Shown: positions 8,812-18,483, counted from the first letter of the stretch. The stretch: DNA of 64,000 bases from Patescibacteria group bacterium (GCA_018817715.1 JAHITT010000001.1:109781-173780); one strand, 5' to 3'. Program-made: numbers and translations. Notes: generated by a model from the letters alone, not told the origin.

Positions 8812-9372
8812 TTATTTCTTAGTCTTCTTAGATTTAACAACTTTTTTAATCTTTGGTTTTTTACTAGTCGTTTTGTTTTTAGCCTTTTTAACTTTAGCAA
8901 AGTAATGCTTCTTAGCAAAATTACCTACTACGCCTTCAACGACTTTTATTAAATCCCGACTTTTTAAATGCAATGATTCTTCAAAACTACCAGCCTGCAC
9001 CAAAGCTTTTTGTGTTTTTAAAACAGCTTTATCCACATAAACCGGCATCTTATGCAACGGACCATAAAAAGGGCTAATAGCTCCAGCCTTAATTTTAAAC
9101 AACTTGGGCATAATTTGTTCTTTTTCTATTTTAACCGCCTTAGCTTTAAGCATTTTTTTTAAAGCTGACAAATCCAACCGAAAAGAAGCTGGCACCACCA
9201 CCAAAATATACGATTTATCAGCTTTAACAACCAAGGTTTTTAAAACCTTGTCCATTTCTTTTTTCATGGTTTGAGCTAAATCATAAGCCGTATAAACAGT
9301 CCGATGCAAAGCCACCTCATAAGGTACTTTATTTTTTGTTAAAAAATTGGTTATTTTACTTGGTATTTTCAT
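8812..9372 (-). CDS. YbaK/ProX-type aminoacyl-tRNA deacylase domain protein with Lys-rich C-terminal tail
   Basis: YbaK-like core with GAISPF motif. The C-terminal 35 aa are highly basic (KKAKNKTTSKKPKIKKVVKSKKTKK). Stop codon and scpA start overlap as taacATG. Confidence 0.6.
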   Translation of the reverse strand: MKIPSKITNFLTKNKVPYEVALHRTVYTAYDLAQTMKKEMDKVLKTLVVKADKSYILVVVPASFRLDLSALKKMLKAKAVKIEKEQIMPKLFKIKAGAISPFYGPLHKMPVYVDKAVLKTQKALVQAGSFEESLHLKSRDLIKVVEGVVGNFAKKHYFAKVKKAKNKTTSKKPKIKKVVKSKKTKK

Positions 9373-9396
9373 ATTAATTTATGATTAATGATTAAT

Positions 9397-9690
9397 TTAA
9401 AAAGTTGTTGGTAAGGGAACATTTAAAAAACGAGACAAAATTAAACCGATTAAAGCTAAAATAACCACCCCAATAACTAGCCGCCATAAAATATGGGTTA
9501 CTACCTTTAACACCACCACCACCAATATAACAACCAAAAGCCCTAAAGCCCAAGTTGGCAAATCCTGATCCAAGCGCCAAACCTGATTATTACCCAAAGG
9601 AATGGTTATTTTTGGTAAAGTGACATAAGAAGCCACAATTGTGCCCATAACACCCAACCAAGACAAAACTTTTTGAATTAATCCGGCCAT
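9397..9690 (-). CDS. small integral membrane protein (2-3 TM), unknown function
   Basis: Hydrophobic stretches GVMGTIVASYV and LGLLVVILVVVVLKV...VIGVVILALIGLIL. Preferred over the overlapping 62-aa frame. Confidence 0.35.
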   Translation of the reverse strand: MAGLIQKVLSWLGVMGTIVASYVTLPKITIPLGNNQVWRLDQDLPTWALGLLVVILVVVVLKVVTHILWRLVIGVVILALIGLILSRFLNVPLPTTF

Positions 9691-9694
9691 AATT

Positions 9695-10018
9695 TTACTT
9701 TTTAAGTATTAATTTTTTTAAAGGCAGGGGTAAGGGTGGCTGTTGGCCTATTAAACGCTTGGCCACTTTTTTGCCCACGGCCGTTAATTTAATCTCACTA
9801 ATAAACCATTTCCTAGGTGTACGCACGCCATAACCTTTTAACAAAGAACGATCAATTAAACTTTCCAAACTTTTAGTTACACTACCCACTTGGGCATCAT
9901 GCTTAGGTGCTTTAGTTAAATTTTGATAATACTTCATAAAAACCAAACGCGGCACCTTAGCTGTAGAATTTAAATAACAGCTTTTCAAAATATATTTTTG
10001 TAAAGCCGAAAAATGCAT
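9695..10018 (-). CDS. hypothetical basic protein
   Basis: 107-aa ORF in an operon-like array. No recognisable motif. Confidence 0.3.
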   Translation of the reverse strand: MHFSALQKYILKSCYLNSTAKVPRLVFMKYYQNLTKAPKHDAQVGSVTKSLESLIDRSLLKGYGVRTPRKWFISEIKLTAVGKKVAKRLIGQQPPLPLPLKKLILKK

Positions 10019-10023
10019 AAAAA

Positions 10024-10686
10024 TTACAACAACTTAACATGATTAATAACTATACCAAAACGCCAACCCAACACCTCAGCCGCTTTACGACAATAAGCCA
10101 TCCGTTCGCTAAAAATTTGAAAATATTCCATCAAAGGAGCTCGATTAACATCAATAATCAATTTTAAAGTAACAATCTTATTTTTAGCATCAATTTTTAA
10201 TTGATTGTCAGTCACTGCGTAATTAAGACGGTCGTGAATATCTTTTTTTAAATTAGCTGGGCTGGGATTAATAACGCGACTACGCCGAACATCCGATTTA
10301 TCGGCAATAATCAAACAAGCTGCTATTTTGCTAGGAATTTTTATCTCATCTTTATCGTGAGCCACAATGGCCTGCGTAACTACAGCTAAATCTCGAGGAG
10401 TCATTTTGTCACGAAAAGTTTCATGAAACATTATACCCGCCCAATAATGATGCTGAGTCCGACCCAAAAAATTAGCCATATCATGGCACCAACCAGCCAT
10501 AGCCGACAATTCCTGTTGGCGTTTAGGTAATTTAACGGCCTGAGCCAAAGCTTGAGCCCGCTCGGCCACAATGGCCACATGCTTAAAACCATGGTCGGTA
10601 AAACCTAACCAGGCCATATAATCCTGAGTCTGCTGAATATATTCCGTTATATAAGGGTTACTTTTTATATCTTCAAAGGTAATCAT
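10024..10686 (-). CDS. HD-domain metal-dependent phosphohydrolase
   Basis: HGFKH ... CHDMANF ... HH ... AHDKDE pattern of HD motifs. Confidence 0.7.
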   Translation of the reverse strand: MITFEDIKSNPYITEYIQQTQDYMAWLGFTDHGFKHVAIVAERAQALAQAVKLPKRQQELSAMAGWCHDMANFLGRTQHHYWAGIMFHETFRDKMTPRDLAVVTQAIVAHDKDEIKIPSKIAACLIIADKSDVRRSRVINPSPANLKKDIHDRLNYAVTDNQLKIDAKNKIVTLKLIIDVNRAPLMEYFQIFSERMAYCRKAAEVLGWRFGIVINHVKLL

Positions 10687-11221
10687 ATTTTTTTGCTATT
10701 TTTAACCAATCCTTTTTTAAAACAGATAAAACATATTCATCTTTAAACTCTTGCCCCTTCTTAACTCTCTGCCGTAAACAACCTTCTAACTTATAACCAC
10801 ATTTTAAACTGTATTGCAAACTACGGGGATTATTTTTATAAACATAGCTTTCTATCCGATTCAAACCGAGTTTTGTATAAGCAAATTTTAAAAGCGTCAT
10901 TTTAGCATCGCTACCATAACCCTTATTCCAAAAAGCTTTAGCTATAAAAGCTCCGGTGGAAGCGCGACCATGTTCTTTAACAATATGACCCAAAGTCATA
11001 ATACCAATTGGTTCCTGGCTAACATTAGTTTCAATAATAAAATGGTATGATTTTTTATCTTTAATCATTTTAGCAACTTTGGCTTTTTCGGCAGCTAAAG
11101 TCTTTACACCGCTGGTTAGTAAAAAACGGTTAACCCGCTGATCATTAATTAACTTATAAAGCCACTTATAATCAGACAATTTTAACGGACGCAACTGAAC
11201 TTTTTTTCCTTGTAAAACCAT
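10673..11221 (-). CDS. GNAT family N-acetyltransferase (RimJ/RimL-like)
   Basis: LRPLKLSDYKWLYKLINDQRVNRFL N-terminus and an acetyl-CoA binding-type core typical of RimJ/L-like GNATs. Confidence 0.55.
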   Translation of the reverse strand: MVLQGKKVQLRPLKLSDYKWLYKLINDQRVNRFLLTSGVKTLAAEKAKVAKMIKDKKSYHFIIETNVSQEPIGIMTLGHIVKEHGRASTGAFIAKAFWNKGYGSDAKMTLLKFAYTKLGLNRIESYVYKNNPRSLQYSLKCGYKLEGCLRQRVKKGQEFKDEYVLSVLKKDWLKIAKKYDYL

Positions 11222-11226
11222 GACAA

Positions 11227-12645
11227 CTATTTTTTTGAAAAATTAATACCCAATTCAACAAGTTGTGCGGGATCAACCTGGCTAGGCGCGCCCATTAACG
11301 GATCCCGGACGTCACCGGTTAAGGGAAAAGCAATGACTTCCCGAATATTCTTTTCGCCGCATAAAATTGAAACCAAACGATCCAAACCCGGCGCAATACC
11401 GCCATGTGGCGGTACGCCATATTGAAAAGCTTCAATCAAATGACTAAACTGCTGTTTTTGCTCAACAGAAAATCCAATCAAATCCCAAATTTTTTCCTGA
11501 ATCTGAGCTTCGTGGATACGCAAGCTGCCGCCACCGACTTCCAAACCATTCAAAACTAAATCATGCTGATAAGACCGCACCCGCCCCGGATCCGTGTCCA
11601 GCCAGGGCACATCCTCTTCTTTGGGTCTAGTAAACATATGATGCGACGGCGCCCAAACGCTTTGACCTGAACCGTGAAAAAAATCTTCTGTTGTCTGTTT
11701 ATTGAATAAAGGAAAATCCACTATCCAAGCAAAGGCTAATTCATTAACATCCTCCTTATTTTGCCGTAAGTCTGGTTTGTCAGTACCATATTGGGCCATA
11801 ACTTCTTGATATTTTAACCGAGGCCAGGGCATGGTAGAAAAATATTTATCTGGAAAAAGTTTTTTAACCAAAGAAGTAAACATCTCTTCTGTTAAACTAA
11901 GCAACTCATCCTGGGACATAAAAGATGTTTCCATATCAATTTGATAAAATTCCCCCGGACTACGATCGGCCCGCGCATCTTCATCCCTAAAACAAGGGGC
12001 TATTTGAAAATACCTTTCAAACCCAGCCACCATTAATAACTGTTTATATTGCTGAGGTGATTGGGGTAAAGCAAAAAATTGTCCTGGATGCACCCGCGAA
12101 GGCACTAAATAATCCCGAGCACCTTCTGGAGTAGATTTAGATAAAATGGGTGTTTGGATATAAGTAAAATCTTTGGCTGTTAAATAATCAATTACATAAT
12201 TAATAATCTGACCCCGTAATTTAATATTACGCGACATCCGTTCGTGTCGTAAATCTAAATAACGGTACTTTAACCTTAATTCTTCGCTGGCTTGCCTATC
12301 CTCGTTGGCTATTTCAAAGGGCGGAGTTTTAGCTGAATTTATTATAGTTATTTGACTAGCTTCTATTTCAATAGCTCCACTGGTTAAAGCTGTGTTCTCT
12401 CGGCCACTCTCTCGAGTTTTAACAGTACCCTGCACCGCTACTACATACTCCGGACGTATTTCTTTGGCCGCCACTAAAGACTCTTGGGATAAATTAGGAG
12501 AAATAACCACCTGAACCAAACCAGAGGTATCACGTAAATCAATAAAAATCATTTTACCCAAATTACGCCGACCATTAACCCAGCCTTTCAGTAAGACTTG
12601 CTCTCCTATTTTATTAACCGCTTCTTTAATAAAAATACGTTGCAT
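11227..12645 (-). CDS. aspS: aspartyl-tRNA synthetase, bacterial type but lacking the GAD insertion domain
   Basis: N-terminal OB fold. Class II motifs FFALPQSPQQYKQLLM, FRDEDARADRSPEF and GGIAPGLDRLV. Only 472 aa, with DKPDLR followed directly by WIVDFPLF. Confidence 0.85.
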   Translation of the reverse strand: MQRIFIKEAVNKIGEQVLLKGWVNGRRNLGKMIFIDLRDTSGLVQVVISPNLSQESLVAAKEIRPEYVVAVQGTVKTRESGRENTALTSGAIEIEASQITIINSAKTPPFEIANEDRQASEELRLKYRYLDLRHERMSRNIKLRGQIINYVIDYLTAKDFTYIQTPILSKSTPEGARDYLVPSRVHPGQFFALPQSPQQYKQLLMVAGFERYFQIAPCFRDEDARADRSPGEFYQIDMETSFMSQDELLSLTEEMFTSLVKKLFPDKYFSTMPWPRLKYQEVMAQYGTDKPDLRQNKEDVNELAFAWIVDFPLFNKQTTEDFFHGSGQSVWAPSHHMFTRPKEEDVPWLDTDPGRVRSYQHDLVLNGLEVGGGSLRIHEAQIQEKIWDLIGFSVEQKQQFSHLIEAFQYGVPPHGGIAPGLDRLVSILCGEKNIREVIAFPLTGDVRDPLMGAPSQVDPAQLVELGINFSKK

Positions 12646-12677
12646 AAGATATAGAAGTAAAAATCTAGAATATAAAA

Positions 12678-13976
12678 TTACGGCCTTAACCTGTTAAGCA
12701 ATCTGGGAAACGGAATGCTTTCTCGAATATGCTTTAAACCACACAGCCAAGCCACAATTCTTTCCAAACCGTAACCAAAACCAGAATGCGGCACTGAACC
12801 ATACTTTCTTAAATCTAAATACCAACCAAAATCACTGAGTGATAAATTATGTTCCAACATCCGTTTTTTTAATTCTTCATAATTATCTTCACGCTGACTA
12901 CCGCCAATTATTTCACCATAACCTTCCGGAGCCAACAAATCAGCGTTCAGCACTCTAGTTGGATCACTTGGATCCCGCTTCATATAAAAAGCCTTAACCT
13001 CGGCTGGATATTTTTCCACAAAAACCGGCCGATCATACATTTTAGTCAAAATTGTTTCATCATCCGCTCCTAAATCATCCAAATCACCTATGTCGCTACC
13101 CTGCTGTCTTAATTTATTAACGGCTTCAAGGTGAGTTAATCTGTAAAATGGTGCCTTAATATTTTGCAAAGGAGTTAAATCACGTTCCAAGATTTGTAAC
13201 TCAGTTAAATTATCTCGCAAAACAGCTTGAACAATAAAAATTATTAAAGCTTCTTGAATTTTTAAATTGTCTTCATGTTCAACAAAAGCTGCCTCGGCAT
13301 CCATCATCCAAAATTCTATTAAATGCCGACGGGTCTTGGATTTTTCTGCCCGAAAAACCGGCCCAAAATCAAATACTCGCCCCAAGGAACTAATAGCCGC
13401 TTCCAAATACAACTGCCCAGATTGAGTTAAATAAGCTGGCTCGCCAAAATAATCCAATTCAAATAAACTAGTTGTACCCTCACAAGCTGTGGGTGTTAAA
13501 ATTGGTGAATCAAATTTAATAAACCCCTGACTGTTCAAATAACTAAAGGTGGCGTTAATAATGGTATTACGAACTCGCTGAATTGCCCATTGCCTAGATG
13601 ATCTTAACCACAAATGACGATTGTCCAACAAAAAATCCGGGCCATGCTCTTTTTTGCTTATGGGATATTCGGCAGCTAAAGAAATTATTTTTACCTCCGT
13701 AGCCTGCAATTCATACTGTTCCAATTTAGGATGCTTAGCGACCACCCCCACCACACTTAAAGACGACTCTATAGTTAAAGCCTGACAATCAACTAAACTA
13801 GCAGCCGCCACCTTAGCGGCATCTACTACCACTTGGCTAAAACCAAAACCATCTCTAACTTGCAAAAACCAAATTTTACCCGAAGATCGACTATTAACCA
13901 GCCAGCCCTTAATTTCGACTGTTTGACCTAAAAAATCCTTTAATTGATGGGATTTAACATACTGCATAGTCACCAT
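12678..13976 (-). CDS. asnS: asparaginyl-tRNA synthetase
   Basis: FRAEKSKTRRHLIEFWMMDAE, GGSQRE and GFGYGLERIV motifs. Confidence 0.85.
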   Translation of the reverse strand: MVTMQYVKSHQLKDFLGQTVEIKGWLVNSRSSGKIWFLQVRDGFGFSQVVVDAAKVAAASLVDCQALTIESSLSVVGVVAKHPKLEQYELQATEVKIISLAAEYPISKKEHGPDFLLDNRHLWLRSSRQWAIQRVRNTIINATFSYLNSQGFIKFDSPILTPTACEGTTSLFELDYFGEPAYLTQSGQLYLEAAISSLGRVFDFGPVFRAEKSKTRRHLIEFWMMDAEAAFVEHEDNLKIQEALIIFIVQAVLRDNLTELQILERDLTPLQNIKAPFYRLTHLEAVNKLRQQGSDIGDLDDLGADDETILTKMYDRPVFVEKYPAEVKAFYMKRDPSDPTRVLNADLLAPEGYGEIIGGSQREDNYEELKKRMLEHNLSLSDFGWYLDLRKYGSVPHSGFGYGLERIVAWLCGLKHIRESIPFPRLLNRLRP

Positions 13977-14113
13977 AGTATACTATTTTTCCTTTAAATT
14001 GGCAAAAAATACTCCTTAAAATTAAGATCTTAAATCTAAACTAATTATCAATTACTAAAAACTCTTACTCTTATTCCTAGCTTGTGTTATTCTAAATCTC
14101 ATTAAGCTTAAGT

Positions 14114-14599
14114 ATGCTAGAAAAAATAAAACAATTAACTTGGAAATTATTCGAACCAATCTTCCCGTCAGTCAGAGATTTTTGGGTTTTCTTGGGATTT
14201 ATTAAACATTCGACCAGACAGCCTCACCTATTAGGTAAATTAAAACCTGGACTAACTAAAAAATCTTTGCGGACCAAATTAAACTTGGCTGGCTTCAGCG
14301 ATGATTATTTGGCTTGGATAGATCCAGACGAAATATTAAATATGCGGAAAATCGTTAAAACAATTTACCAATATCACGTTCGACTATTTTTAGACGGTGA
14401 AATTAGAGGACACTACGAATATACAGCAGAAAGTCACCCTTTTAAACATCTTTACGATAAGGGTATGACAGATGGTCGGGATTATTTGCTACCTCTTTTA
14501 CAGGATCTACTACTACCCGAAGTGGCCAAATTAAATCCCAAATCGCCGCCGCCACATTCTGAGGATTCCCTCTTAAAGGAAAATGATGCAAATCAATAA
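14114..14599 (+). CDS. hypothetical protein (161 aa); 3' end overlaps the convergent ATP-grasp gene by 158 nt
   Basis: Long ORF with an upstream intergenic region. No recognisable motif. The long convergent overlap makes the exact C-terminus, or even reality, uncertain. Confidence 0.3.
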   Translation: MLEKIKQLTWKLFEPIFPSVRDFWVFLGFIKHSTRQPHLLGKLKPGLTKKSLRTKLNLAGFSDDYLAWIDPDEILNMRKIVKTIYQYHVRLFLDGEIRGHYEYTAESHPFKHLYDKGMTDGRDYLLPLLQDLLLPEVAKLNPKSPPPHSEDSLLKENDANQ

Positions 14600-15722
14600 A
14601 AGGTAAACTATTGCATTCAATTATTCCTGAACCCGGCTGTTCTTGCCAAGGCCGACTAATATCCTCCAAAATCATATCAAAACCGATAATTGAATCAGCT
14701 ACCACACTGGCTGCTCGTTCGAATAATAACCTGTTTTGCGGATGAACCTGATCGGTTACTTCAATAGTCGCGCCACCCAAACCACGATTAACTTTGCGAT
14801 TTAAAAAAACCCTAGTTCCTGGCCCGGGCACCGATAACCAATTATAGCCTTGGCTAGTTAATTCTGATTCTGTCTCCTGATTTTTAATCACTGGGGAAAA
14901 AACTTCCGCTTGACCAGACTTTTGCTGATTAATCTGATCAACCAATTGATCAATAGTACTTAAACCGTCGCCTAATACACTGGCTAATTCCCGGCGAGCT
15001 ACGGCTTGCAATTTTAATTTAATTACCGTAGCTCGATGAACTTCACCTGTTAACTGCTCTTCAATTATCACCCAGGGGCTAATTTTTTGCGCTGAATAAA
15101 AAGCCTTAACCAATTGACTACGGGTCATAATATTACTAAAAGTATGACGACTTCTGGAACCAAACCTTGGTTTAACGATTAAAGGACCACCTAACTTATC
15201 AAAAATACTAAGGGCTTTTTTTACTAAAACCGCGCTACCGCCACGAGCAATCGGTAAACCAGCCGCCTGAAATTTTTGGCGCATAATAGCCTTGTCATCC
15301 ATCCAAGATAAACCAATTGTTGGACCAACTGGTCGAGGTAAGCCGTCAAAAATATAATAATGACCGTTTAGACTAGCTACCATTATATCAGTTGGTCTTT
15401 TAAACAAACGCCACTCTTTTAAAACAATACCGCGCCTTAAAGCCTCTTGCCACAAAACTTTAGTACGTGAATTATGATCGGGTCTTAAATCTTCAACTAT
15501 CTCCGCTAAACCCAATCGGGCGGTTCCCAACATAATTGTATAAGCCAACTTATGCCAAGCCCGACTAAGCCTAAGTGGCTGAAAAAAGACAGCGATTTTC
15601 TCCAAAACTTTTATATAGGGCTTAAGTAGTTGATCAATCAAACTGGTCCACCAAGCTAAACGATGAGAAGTTGGCGCTGAACCACAATCAACACAAATTG
15701 TTTTTCTTTTAATTTTAGACAT
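14442..15722 (-). CDS. cyanophycin-synthetase-like ATP-grasp protein (CphA N-domain plus ATP-grasp domain only, no Mur-ligase domain)
   Basis: LIVKPRFGSRSRHT, HPQNRLLFERAASVVADSIIGFDMI, GIIECNSLP and RGNPQNVAAAIWDLIWP align by eye with the N/G domains of CphA. N-terminal CVDCGS Cys pair. Confidence 0.6.
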   Translation of the reverse strand: MSKIKRKTICVDCGSAPTSHRLAWWTSLIDQLLKPYIKVLEKIAVFFQPLRLSRAWHKLAYTIMLGTARLGLAEIVEDLRPDHNSRTKVLWQEALRRGIVLKEWRLFKRPTDIMVASLNGHYYIFDGLPRPVGPTIGLSWMDDKAIMRQKFQAAGLPIARGGSAVLVKKALSIFDKLGGPLIVKPRFGSRSRHTFSNIMTRSQLVKAFYSAQKISPWVIIEEQLTGEVHRATVIKLKLQAVARRELASVLGDGLSTIDQLVDQINQQKSGQAEVFSPVIKNQETESELTSQGYNWLSVPGPGTRVFLNRKVNRGLGGATIEVTDQVHPQNRLLFERAASVVADSIIGFDMILEDISRPWQEQPGSGIIECNSLPFIDLHHFPLRGNPQNVAAAIWDLIWPLRVVVDPVKEVANNPDHLSYPYRKDV

Positions 15723-15843
15723 AACTGATTTCTGATTGTAACAATTGACCTAAATAAAGTAAACAACTTTAACACAAAATATCAACAACAAACTACCAAT
15801 TTTGGGTATTAGTCAAGACCGCTAACTGGTAAACAACTTATAG

Positions 15844-16482
15844 CTATTCAACTTTACGGTTTAAAATTTTTTGTTTAAACCATCTTTTAAAGACTTGACG
15901 ACTTTTACTATCGCCCAATAATTGCCACAAAACAGGTAAAACAGAAAAAACAATTATAGCCAAAATTATTAGCAATAAATACTTATCTGCCTGGGGCAAA
16001 ATAGTACCCAAATAATAACCCAAAATAGTTACACCAATGGCCCAAAAAAAACCACCGACTAAATTATAAACAATAAAAGTCCGATAGTGCATGCCACCAA
16101 TACCAGCCAAAATCGGCGCCAAGGTACGAACACCAGGAATAAACCTGGCTAATATAATAGTCTTACCACCGTGCGTCTGATAAAACGCTTTGGCTTGTTC
16201 CAAACGCTCTTGCTTAAAAAAGAATGAATCCGGTCTAGTAAAAAAATTACGACCGACCCTCTTACCAAACGTATAACCAACACTATCACCTAAAACAGCC
16301 GCACTAAAACACAGTATAACCAACCAGCCAATATCAAAATAACCCTGGGCCGCTAACAAACCGGCGGTAAAAAGCAAACTGTCACCAGGAAAAAAAATTC
16401 CCACCAAAACACCTGACTCGGCAAAAATAACCAACCACAAGCCTAAATATCCAGCAGCAATTATAAAATCTCTTAAATCCAT
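15844..16482 (-). CDS. DedA/SNARE-associated (VTT domain) membrane protein
   Basis: FAESGVLVGIFFPGDSLLFTAG...LGDSVGYTFGKRVG signature. Confidence 0.8.
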   Translation of the reverse strand: MDLRDFIIAAGYLGLWLVIFAESGVLVGIFFPGDSLLFTAGLLAAQGYFDIGWLVILCFSAAVLGDSVGYTFGKRVGRNFFTRPDSFFFKQERLEQAKAFYQTHGGKTIILARFIPGVRTLAPILAGIGGMHYRTFIVYNLVGGFFWAIGVTILGYYLGTILPQADKYLLLIILAIIVFSVLPVLWQLLGDSKSRQVFKRWFKQKILNRKVE

Positions 16483-16517
16483 AACTTAGATATTAACACA
16501 ACTAAATCCTCTTCTAT

Positions 16518-16883
16518 TTATAAACCAGCTAAAGGCCTAGAGCGTTGATTCAATCGATTATTTTGCACTAACCAAGAAATTAAACTTAATAACAAGCTAA
16601 ACAATAAAGCTGATAAAAAACTATCCACAGCAAAACCCGGCACCAGCCAAGCGGTTAAAGTTATTAATAAAGCATTAAGCATCAAAGCAAACAAGCCAAA
16701 AGTTAATAAAGTTATGGGCAAAGTTAATACTATCAAAAAAGGCTTTAAGAAAACATTAATTAAACCTAAAACCAAGGCTGTGGCCAAAGCAGCCACTAGG
16801 CTCGTTAAATGGATGCCCGGTAAAATATAAGATAAAGCGACTATCACTAAAGTATTAATTAACCAATATCTTAAAAAATTCAT
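16518..16883 (-). CDS. DUF360 / phage-holin-4-like small membrane protein (YvlD/YqeB family)
   Basis: 121 aa with 4 predicted TM segments. Conserved layout ALATALVLGLINVFLKPFL...LLITLTAWLVPGF. Confidence 0.55.
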   Translation of the reverse strand: MNFLRYWLINTLVIVALSYILPGIHLTSLVAALATALVLGLINVFLKPFLIVLTLPITLLTFGLFALMLNALLITLTAWLVPGFAVDSFLSALLFSLLLSLISWLVQNNRLNQRSRPLAGL

Positions 16884-17689
16884 AAATTATTTTTTATATC
16901 AACTAAAGTTCGCACCTGATTAGATAATACTCCCTCTAATTCAATCCAAGGAATTATAACTGTTCTTAAGCCGGCCGCATAAGCCGCCACTTGATAAGGA
17001 TCAAAATACAATTCCAACCCGACTGGTTGGATTGTAAATTTAGAAAAATTAGCCAAAGTAGGTGCCGCTCCTTGTTTAATAAGGGTTAACGACAATCCAT
17101 CATCATCTTTTAAATCTGGTTGGCTGGCCAGATTTAAAATAGCCAAAGAGGATAAAATTTCCAGATAATTCGTTTGGCTTTTAAATAAATCAGCTAATTC
17201 AATTATTTTTTTATCTTTAACCGAATAGTTAACTGTTTCCGAAAAACTATTGGGGTGAGCTGCGCCAGTTAAATAGTTGGAAATATTAAAACGCCAACTA
17301 ACCAAAATCGTAGTGGCTTGTTTTAAATCATAATCTACATTAAGTGAACTTGAATAAAAATCTTCTGGGCTAACCCTGGCACCATCCCAATCGGATAATT
17401 CTTGTTTAAAAGTAGTTATTTGTTTAACAGCGGCCTGATAAGCTAATTCATTCAAAATCGTTGAATCAACTTCCTCGGCAGTAAAAAAAGGATAAGCTAC
17501 TTTAACATAGTAAGATGTTTGGTCTGTCCCCTCCTCAATAGTTTTGGTTACATAAGATAAATTCTGGCCTGGTTGATAACTGGAACGATTTTGGCCTAAC
17601 CAATAGCCTAAACTGCCCAATAACAACACTACCAGCAAAACTATAGTAGGTTTAATTTTCTTATAATCAAAATTATTTTTAATCTCCAT
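16880..17689 (-). CDS. membrane-anchored DUF4163/DUF3298 (RsiV extracellular domain-like) protein
   Basis: Single N-terminal TM, and a C-terminal YFDPYQVAAYAAG motif characteristic of DUF3298. Overlaps the downstream DUF360 gene by 4 nt. Confidence 0.5.
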   Translation of the reverse strand: MEIKNNFDYKKIKPTIVLLVVLLLGSLGYWLGQNRSSYQPGQNLSYVTKTIEEGTDQTSYYVKVAYPFFTAEEVDSTILNELAYQAAVKQITTFKQELSDWDGARVSPEDFYSSSLNVDYDLKQATTILVSWRFNISNYLTGAAHPNSFSETVNYSVKDKKIIELADLFKSQTNYLEILSSLAILNLASQPDLKDDDGLSLTLIKQGAAPTLANFSKFTIQPVGLELYFDPYQVAAYAAGLRTVIIPWIELEGVLSNQVRTLVDIKNNL

Positions 17690-17766
17690 CTAAAGACATT
17701 TTAGCACGACTAACAACCCCTTTTAATCAATTAAGTTTATTTTAGGCTAAGATTAGCCAAACCTAA

Positions 17767-18483
17767 TTAACCGTATAAGTATTTACGACGTTTTTTCTCT
17801 GGTAAACGTTCAATGGCATAACGCAACATGGTACGGGGCATTAAACGATAATTAATTTCTAAAAAATCTTCCAACACAACTTGACCGCATCTTTTACCAA
17901 CCTCTCTTAACATCCAGCCAACCGCTTTATGAATTAAATCCTGCTGATCATTAAGCAATATTTTAGCCAAAACCAAAGTGTCTTGGGCTTCCTGCTGTTT
18001 AATAAAATAAAAAGTAGCTAAAATAGCTTGGCGCCGGCGCCATAAATTTGCTGATTTAGCCATCTTATACAATGGTCGACGTGATCTAGTAAATAAGTAA
18101 GCACCCAATATTTTATCAGCTGACAAATCCACCAAATCCCAATTATTTACAAATCGCCAATTTTGAAAATAAAAATCATAAATCTTTTTTCTTAACTTAA
18201 CATCGGCTGATTCAAAAATCTTTACCAAAATTAATAAAGCTAACAAACGTTGCTCGTGAATCGGCGAGCTTAATAAAATTTTTACTTCTACTAAACTACA
18301 TAAAGAATAATATTGCTTTACCAAATACCTAATTTCCGGCACGGTCACCCCCCAAAAAATATCCCCGGCGGCATACTGACCCGGCCCGGTCTTAAAAAAA
18401 CTTTGTAAAACCAAAGCTTTACCAGGCTGGGATCGTTTTTTTAATTGACTAATAATTTCCTTTATTAACTTTTGTTTAACCAT
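17767..18483 (-). CDS. DNA alkylation repair (AlkD/AlkC-like HEAT-repeat) family protein
   Basis: FFKTGPGQYAAGDIFWGVTVPEIR and later helical repeats match the PF08713-type DNA glycosylase family. Confidence 0.6.
   Translation of the reverse strand: MVKQKLIKEIISQLKKRSQPGKALVLQSFFKTGPGQYAAGDIFWGVTVPEIRYLVKQYYSLCSLVEVKILLSSPIHEQRLLALLILVKIFESADVKLRKKIYDFYFQNWRFVNNWDLVDLSADKILGAYLFTRSRRPLYKMAKSANLWRRRQAILATFYFIKQQEAQDTLVLAKILLNDQQDLIHKAVGWMLREVGKRCGQVVLEDFLEINYRLMPRTMLRYAIERLPEKKRRKYLYG

Noticed and set aside
9392-9580. 62-aa ORF overlapping the 97-aa membrane protein ORF
   Set aside because: The shorter alternative frame, Gly-rich and low-complexity. The 97-aa frame has clear TM helices.
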